From Candidatus Omnitrophota bacterium (GTDB taxonomy: Bacteria > Omnitrophota > Gorgyraeia > 2-02-FULL-51-18), in contig JAJVIE010000003.1 of assembly GCA_022072175.1 (NCBI GenBank), positions 1,134,483-1,198,482 on the forward strand: a stretch of DNA of 64,000 nucleotides, given 5' to 3'. Shown here one piece after another: positions 58,692-64,000 of this stretch (position 1 is its first letter; the number at the start of each line of letters is the position of its first letter). The notes beneath the pieces are model-generated. The model was not told the origin of the DNA and did no database searches. It was given only the letters and a program-made list of their open reading frames with translations. The position numbers and the translations under genes are program-made.

Positions 58692-58724
58692 CCTATCCTC
58701 CGTTAGAGTATGGTGGCAAAAGGT

Positions 58725-59048
58725 CTAGAAGTGCGGCGTCGCCGCAGGAGGACCGCGCAGGCTGTTGCGGAGAGAATGCGCGCGGTACGAAGGAGTGTCG
58801 CTGGGCGTACCGACGGCCCAAAGGAAGACCGGGGTTTCGGGTGCGGCCGATTCGATCGAGACGGCCGCCTGCGTAGCGGATGCGGCCTGATGGAGGACGC
58901 ACGAAGAGGCGTGCCCGCTATCGGCCGCGTCATGGAAGTGCGGTAGGAGCCCCACGCCGGAGACGACCAGACATACCAGCGATAGGGCGATCGGCAGGAC
59001 CGGAGAGATGATCCGACGTGAGGGCCTCACGCCGCGCACTCCGCACAC
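58725..59048 (-). CDS. Possible small exported His-containing protein (hypothetical)
   Basis: Signal-like ISPVLPIALSLVCLVVSGVGLL followed by HFHDAADSGH. Lies between zur and the porin gene, overlapping the zur 3' end by 22 nt. Confidence 0.25.
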   Translation of the reverse strand: MCGVRGVRPSRRIISPVLPIALSLVCLVVSGVGLLPHFHDAADSGHASSCVLHQAASATQAAVSIESAAPETPVFLWAVGTPSDTPSYRAHSLRNSLRGPPAATPHF

Positions 59049-59437
59049 TGCCCGTAGAATTTGAAATCATGGTGCGCGATCCTGAAGCGCGTGCGGCGCA
59101 CGAGCTTCTTGCGGAGCTGTTCGGCAAAACATTCCTCGAAGTCCTCGACGGAGCCGCAGTCGGTGCAGATCAGGTGGTGATGATGTTCGCGGTGGGCGTC
59201 GCTCAGCTCGTACCGCTCTCCGTCGACCGTCACATCGACGGCAACGAGCACGCCGAGTTTTTGCAACGTCCTCACGGTGCGGTAAGCGGAGACCAGGTCC
59301 GACCCGCCGCCGGAGAGCCGATGTGCCTCACGCACTGTCAGCGGCCGGGCATGCGAGAAGAACGCCGCAAGAAGACTTGCGCGCGAGGATGTCCAGCGCC
59401 CGCCGGCATCCAAGAGTTTCCGACGGATGTCCTCCAT
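59027..59437 (-). CDS. zur: Fur-family metalloregulator, probable Zur
   Basis: HHHHLICTDCG...CAEC. Best start is Met31 (MEDIRRKLL), which places the 23-bp palindrome about 45 bp upstream. Alternative starts at 59482 and 59527 would read through the palindrome. Confidence 0.8.
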   Translation of the reverse strand: MEDIRRKLLDAGGRWTSSRASLLAAFFSHARPLTVREAHRLSGGGSDLVSAYRTVRTLQKLGVLVAVDVTVDGERYELSDAHREHHHHLICTDCGSVEDFEECFAEQLRKKLVRRTRFRIAHHDFKFYGQCAECAA

Positions 59438-59480
59438 GGCCGGACCGCTGTGCTGCGTTGCGTGTTCGTGGGCGGGTTTC

Positions 59481-59503
59481 ATAATGCAATTGAATTGCAT
59501 TAT
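59481..59503. promoter_or_regulatory. Perfect 11-1-11 palindrome ATAATGCAATT-G-AATTGCATTAT: candidate Zur/Fur-family operator
   Basis: Read directly from the sequence. Located in the zur promoter region, upstream of the zur-porin-znuA-znuB array. Confidence 0.6.
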
Positions 59504-59558
59504 AGACGGCCGGAGGGACCCCGTCAAGACGGCTTCGCTCGAGACCCGACGGCGGACC

Positions 59559-61601
59559 TCACTCCGCGGAGGTCAGCTCCGAGACCCTGAAATAATGCGC
59601 CAGGATCTCCTCGGCGCTCTGGCCGGCCAGCGCGCGGCCTGCCGCTCCGGACTGGCACATCCCGACACCGTGCCCCCAACCGCCGCCGAAGAAGATGTGC
59701 TCCACCGGTGCTCCCGAGGCATCGAAGCGGGTCTCGACCTTGAACAGCGAGCTGCGCAGATCGCCCAGCGCCCGGCGGATGACGAGCTCCTTTTGGATCT
59801 CCACGGCCCCCTCCGTCCCGACGATGCGCACGTGAGAGATATGCCCGGAGCACTTGCGCTCGACGACCTCGATGTGACGTACGCTACCGACGTGCCCGAT
59901 ACGCGCGGCCATCTGGTCCATCTCCTCCGCCGAGTACACGCGGACCCAGCGGAAGCGGCTCGGCTGCGCCTGGATGGGCGCCCCGCAGTGGATACCCTCG
60001 GGTGGTGACTTGATCCATCGCTCAAGGTCCATCGGGGAGAGCGGGAAGATCCAGGGGGCCGCTCCGTCGGGGGACCCGCGCAGGTACGGCACATCCTCTC
60101 CGGCTCCATAGATATTATCCTGCGTGTGTCCTCCGCAAGAGCTGGAGTACACCGCGTCGATCGGTCGCCCCTCGTGCAAAAGCACGCGCCCAGCGGTCTC
60201 ATCGACGAGCTGGCAGACCTTGCGCGTCTCGCGGCTGGTCCCCGAGTAGACCTGACAGTGCGTCTCGGCGCATAGGTCGTATCCGTCCATCGCGTGACGC
60301 GCGATCTTCCTCAATGCCTCGGAGCGCGCGGCGATGGCCTGGGCCTTGAGCGCCTCCTCGGGCCACAATGCCGACATCTCCGACGGGACGACGCCGTACA
60401 GGTAGGATTCGAGATCGATACGGTTGATGACGGTGACGCCCGTCCCCGCCGAGGCCAGAAGCTCCAGATCGCCGCGGTACGAGCGGTCCTCGCGCTTGGC
60501 CCAGAAGTCCCCCCGGCCGGCCTCGACGTCGTAGAGCGTGAACACGCCTCCCGGTGCGACCGATTCCAGCCGCGCCGGGGCCAACACCCAATCCTGGCTC
60601 CGTGCCTGGCCGGAGACGGCCTCGATGAGCAATCTCCCCTCTCCGGCGGCGCTGATACGATAACGCGTGCCGGCGCGGCGCAAAGGCCCGTCCGACCGCC
60701 CGTGACGGACGATCCTGAAATCCGAGCTGAAGGAGAACTCCGCGGAGCGCACGTCCGTCCCCAGGCCGATACGGATGATCTTGGAGGTCTTGGGATGGGC
60801 GGGCTGATGCATGACGCGCGGTGCGGCGGCCGGCTCGGCGGCCCGGCGCGGGAGCTTGCGCCGCAACAGCGACAACCTTGCCCGCATGCTCTTATCGTCG
60901 GGGTAGAGCTTGAGGGCTCTCTCGTAGGCGACGACGGCTTTGGCCGTGTGTCCGGCCTGATCGTGCAGCTGGGCGACGATCCGGCGGGTCGAGCGGAGAC
61001 TGGGATCGATGCGCAGGGCCTCCGTGTAGTGCCTCAAAGCCCGGTCGATCTCACCGTGTCGCCGGAAACTCTCGGCCATCTCCAGATGAGCCAGCGTATC
61101 GTTGGGATCGGCGTCCAAAGAGCGCTTGAGCCACTTGCGGGCCTCGCGCTCCTTGTCCTGGCGTCTGAGCGTCAACGCCAGCGTGCGCATCGCGTGCGCG
61201 TCGGAGGGATCGCGGGCCAAGATCCCGCGCGCGACATGAGCCGACTCACGGTGCTGTCCGTTGAGATAATGCACCCAAGCCAAGAGGCGTGAGACCTCGG
61301 ACAGCTCGGGCTCCTCCTCCAAGAGCCCGCCAAGCGTATCGATGGCCTCGTCGTAGCGTCCGGCGTCCTTGTGCGCGACGGCGCGGTTGAACTCCGAGCG
61401 GATCCTGCGGTCGCGGAAAAGCTCCGCGCTCTCCGCCAGATAGGCCGGAAGATCGGCCTCGGTCATCGCGCTCGTCATCTTGAGCGGTGTTGCCCCGGGC
61501 TCGGCCAGGACGACGGAGCCATATGGTTGCGATAAGGCCAGGATGAGCAGAAGTGCCGACGTCTTGCGGGGGATCGTCAAGCGGATGGTCGCATACTCCA
61601 T
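59559..61601 (-). CDS. TPR-repeat plus SpoIID/LytB-domain protein
   Basis: Signal peptide, about 5 TPR repeats, C-terminal SpoIID/LytB motifs (CQVYSG..., SSSCGGHT). Confidence 0.85.
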   Translation of the reverse strand: MEYATIRLTIPRKTSALLLILALSQPYGSVVLAEPGATPLKMTSAMTEADLPAYLAESAELFRDRRIRSEFNRAVAHKDAGRYDEAIDTLGGLLEEEPELSEVSRLLAWVHYLNGQHRESAHVARGILARDPSDAHAMRTLALTLRRQDKEREARKWLKRSLDADPNDTLAHLEMAESFRRHGEIDRALRHYTEALRIDPSLRSTRRIVAQLHDQAGHTAKAVVAYERALKLYPDDKSMRARLSLLRRKLPRRAAEPAAAPRVMHQPAHPKTSKIIRIGLGTDVRSAEFSFSSDFRIVRHGRSDGPLRRAGTRYRISAAGEGRLLIEAVSGQARSQDWVLAPARLESVAPGGVFTLYDVEAGRGDFWAKREDRSYRGDLELLASAGTGVTVINRIDLESYLYGVVPSEMSALWPEEALKAQAIAARSEALRKIARHAMDGYDLCAETHCQVYSGTSRETRKVCQLVDETAGRVLLHEGRPIDAVYSSSCGGHTQDNIYGAGEDVPYLRGSPDGAAPWIFPLSPMDLERWIKSPPEGIHCGAPIQAQPSRFRWVRVYSAEEMDQMAARIGHVGSVRHIEVVERKCSGHISHVRIVGTEGAVEIQKELVIRRALGDLRSSLFKVETRFDASGAPVEHIFFGGGWGHGVGMCQSGAAGRALAGQSAEEILAHYFRVSELTSAE

Positions 61602-61690
61602 ACGGACATCACAGGCGGCGGCCCGACCGCCCTTGGCCTCCGGCAGCGGCCGCGCCGCTCCGGACCCTTGGAGATTCGACTGATATGGCG

Positions 61691-61721
61691 ATTATACTCC
61701 CGTCCGCGACGCTCCGGTCAA
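61691..61721 (-). promoter_or_regulatory. Candidate sigma70-type promoter for the TPR-SpoIID gene
   Basis: Minus strand reads TTGACC-N19-TATAAT (plus-strand ggtcaa 61716-61721, attata 61691-61696). Confidence 0.35.
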
Positions 61722-61830
61722 GAGCTTTTGACTTTCCAACGTGCACAGGGGGTCATCCGCTTAAAAGAGTCCCCGGGGATCGGGGTTCGGGGTTCATCAG
61801 GACAGAACGGCGGACGTGGTGGTCCGGACG

Positions 61831-63432
61831 CTAGAACTGCACCACGATCTCGGTATAGAACAGATCGTTGTCGCTCTCGGCCATGAAGTTGTTCTTGACC
61901 ACATCGCCGCCGAAGAAGTGCGCGTAGTAGACCGTGACGGTCGTTGAAGCGCGCAGCTGGTATGTGGCGCTGAGGTCGAGCTGAGTGCCGAGCTCCTGAC
62001 TTCCACCGGAGCTTCGAGCCGCGTATCCAGCCAAATTGCCGTCTGTAATCTCACCAGCGCCCAGATACCAGCGGTCCGCACCGTCCTGCAGATCGATCCG
62101 GTGCACCTCGGTCTTGAGGATCCATGCTTCGGACGGCTTCAGGATCAGCGACACGAACACATCCTCGGTGTTCATGAGATTGTACATGATCGACGAGGAG
62201 TACAGACGGGTCGTCGGCAGCATCTGATAGAACGTCCCATGCTCCGCGTCGAACCCATCATCATCGCCTGAACCGACGTTGTATCCGACGCGCAACCACG
62301 GCTTCCAAGGCACAGCTGTCCACTGGTGTCCGGCTTCGAGCGCCAGCGACCAAGCCTCATGATCCAGCTCGAGCCAGTCACCCTCTTGGTAGGCGCCCCA
62401 TACCAGATAGTCCACGACACCGATCCGCCAAGTCTGAGCGCCCGCCAAGTGCGCACCCCAAGAACCGATCTCGATGTCATGCGCCGTACCCGCGTGGACC
62501 AGGCGGCCGGCGTTATCCCGCCGGAGGATCGTTGCGCTCATCTGCCGCGAGTCGGCATAGTCGTAGTAAAAGAACTGTATTTCCGTCCCCGGCAGGAGAG
62601 TGCCAGCTTTGACCGTCGCCTCCAGCGTCAGCAGGTCTATGTCATAGAGCGTCCGTCCGGCGTTCTCGTCATAGCCGCCCTGCGTCGGGTTGGTCGCCGA
62701 CAAGTGCAGATGCGCATTCTCGTGATCCCACGCGGCATATCCTCCATCAAAAGAGCGCTGGTACTCGGACCAGCCGAATCCCCCGATGAGTCGATCACCG
62801 ACACGGTTGGACTTGAGCCACTGGATCTTCTTGATCGAGGGTGATGCATTGGCCCCCTCCGCCGCTCCGCGCCCTGTGCCCGCGGTGTAGTTGTTGCCGC
62901 TAGAGAGGTTCATGCGCCCGCCTCCGGCGGTCAAACCCGCGCCGGTCAGCTCCTTGAGTTGGAATTCGGCGTACTTGAGGTAAGTACCGTGAGTCTCATT
63001 GTCCCCCGTGCCGTTGGCGAAATAAAGCGTCCCAGTGCCCGCCCCTGCGCTGGTGCCCGTAGGCAGCAGCCAAGTCTGGCCGTATTGCCAAGCCGTGTGG
63101 GCCTTGAGCCAAGCGTTTTCCAAGCGCGTGCCCAGACGCAGTTGCTGCGCGAAGTGATCGTAGGCATTGTCGAACGGCGCTGATCCGAAATGGTCCCATA
63201 AGTACCAACGCGTGCGGCTCATGCCGTAAAAACCCATCTTTCCCGCCGAGCCGGGCAGCGCGATCACCACATCCTTGGGAAGTGTGGGTGATCCACTGGC
63301 GTTCTTGGCTTGGATCATGCGCTCCGCATCTTGACCGGCGAGCGCCGGCAAAGCCAGCAACAGACACAGAGCAACGATGACCCCGACCGACCGGCTCCCC
63401 ATACTTGCTCCTCTGTTGGTTGTTTGTTGCAT
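61831..63432 (-). CDS. Alginate-export-family (AlgE-like) outer-membrane beta-barrel
   Basis: Signal peptide, 533 aa of beta-strand-rich sequence, terminal aromatic ...VVQF. Confidence 0.7.
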   Translation of the reverse strand: MQQTTNRGASMGSRSVGVIVALCLLLALPALAGQDAERMIQAKNASGSPTLPKDVVIALPGSAGKMGFYGMSRTRWYLWDHFGSAPFDNAYDHFAQQLRLGTRLENAWLKAHTAWQYGQTWLLPTGTSAGAGTGTLYFANGTGDNETHGTYLKYAEFQLKELTGAGLTAGGGRMNLSSGNNYTAGTGRGAAEGANASPSIKKIQWLKSNRVGDRLIGGFGWSEYQRSFDGGYAAWDHENAHLHLSATNPTQGGYDENAGRTLYDIDLLTLEATVKAGTLLPGTEIQFFYYDYADSRQMSATILRRDNAGRLVHAGTAHDIEIGSWGAHLAGAQTWRIGVVDYLVWGAYQEGDWLELDHEAWSLALEAGHQWTAVPWKPWLRVGYNVGSGDDDGFDAEHGTFYQMLPTTRLYSSSIMYNLMNTEDVFVSLILKPSEAWILKTEVHRIDLQDGADRWYLGAGEITDGNLAGYAARSSGGSQELGTQLDLSATYQLRASTTVTVYYAHFFGGDVVKNNFMAESDNDLFYTEIVVQF

Positions 63433-63628
63433 CTTACCAGAACAGCCCCGGGCCCTTGGTGACCTCCATCACTGACCGTCAGGTTGCACAATCGACCCAT
63501 CCGGCCCTCTCCGGATCGGCGATGAGCCGGATCCGGGTCGCCGAAGGTCATCGGCGCTCTTGAGGAGGCGTAACACGCAGCCGCGCTCGAGCGGCGCGCA
63601 GTCGTTGCGGCGCAGCTTACAAGTACCA

Positions 63629-64000
63629 TCAACGTGCAGGTGGGGACAGGTCCAGGTCATCGGGGGCGTTGATGTTGGCCAGGCGTCTTGCGGCATCTCT
63701 CGGTTCCAACCGGATGACACGCGCAAGAGAACGGATATAGGAATGCATCGAGGGTCCCGAGGACAGATGATCGGGATCGATACGCCTCAGAGGCTCGGAC
63801 GCGTACAGACCCGGGAACGGCTGCTCCGCACCCTTTGTAGCGGCCGAGTAAAGCACAGCATCCACACCGGGGACGAAAGCGCCCAGAAGCCCCCTCAGAT
63901 CCTCCGCGTTCAAGTACGGCATGTCGCAGGTCAGGGCAAGTAAGGCGTCGTTCGGATACTCCTGATGGGCTCGATGAAGCCCGGCCAGCGGGCCGCAGTG
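63629..64000 (-). CDS. Partial MobA-like nucleotidyltransferase gene (C-terminal part; start beyond window)
   Basis: Reverse translation of 63629-64000 contains ...LTCDMPYLNAED..., the LxCDMP motif of MobA/MocA-type molybdenum-cofactor nucleotidyltransferases. Confidence 0.55.
   Translation of the reverse strand, partial: HCGPLAGLHRAHQEYPNDALLALTCDMPYLNAEDLRGLLGAFVPGVDAVLYSAATKGAEQPFPGLYASEPLRRIDPDHLSSGPSMHSYIRSLARVIRLEPRDAARRLANINAPDDLDLSPPAR

Noticed and set aside
59482-59527. Longer zur reading frame starting at MTGSLRPSIMQFNCIMKP
   Set aside because: It would translate straight through the 23-bp operator-like palindrome. Fur-family proteins normally begin near the MEDIRRKLL-type helix.

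Overview
This 64-kb window has about 69% GC and no rRNA, tRNA, CRISPR array or mobile element that I could support. It is densely packed with genes, mostly on the minus strand, and many adjacent genes overlap by 1-4 nt at ATGA, GTGA or TGATG start/stop junctions. That pattern suggests long translationally coupled operons. OMPs and lipoproteins point to a diderm organism. The high GC produces many long antisense ORFs in the six-frame track. Where two frames compete, I resolved them by recognisable protein families and motifs. I treat the antisense ORFs as spurious.

Recognisable housekeeping genes:
- ppc, followed by a coupled zinc-ribbon/PH-domain protein
- purK-purE
- TerC-family protein and malQ
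- an AI-2E transporter
- glpX, a NUDIX hydrolase and cdaA
- pepN, a DksA-like protein, leuCD and an OsmC-family protein
- msrB, putA, an SNF2 helicase, miaE and tex
- a zur / porin / znuA / znuB zinc-uptake cluster
- a TPR-SpoIID/LytB protein and an alginate-export-family OMP
- a partial mobA-like gene at the right edge

Most interesting regions:
- An envelope-glycan locus at ~30.6-41.1 kb. It combines four GT2 genes (one internally duplicated), a UGM-like flavoenzyme, an Stf0-like sulfotransferase and a Wzm/Wzt ABC exporter.
- Three paralogous TMTC-like GT-C membrane glycosyltransferases and a GT39/ArnT-like enzyme around that locus. Two of the three carry TPR domains and one has an N-terminal HTH-like segment. 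Together they are a candidate protein O-glycosylation system.
- A transglutaminase-like cysteine protease (BTLCP/LapG-like) operon coupled to a GDCCVxC-type cysteine-rich mini-protein and a 7TM-PAS-PAS sensor that lacks an output domain.
- A CDP-alcohol phosphatidyltransferase fused to a flippase-like (UPF0104/MprF-TM-like) domain.
- A cdaA-YbbR fusion in a glpX-nudix-cdaA operon.
- A perfect 23-bp palindrome, a candidate Zur box, upstream of zur.

All calls rest on reading the sequence and the ORF translations. No database search was run.
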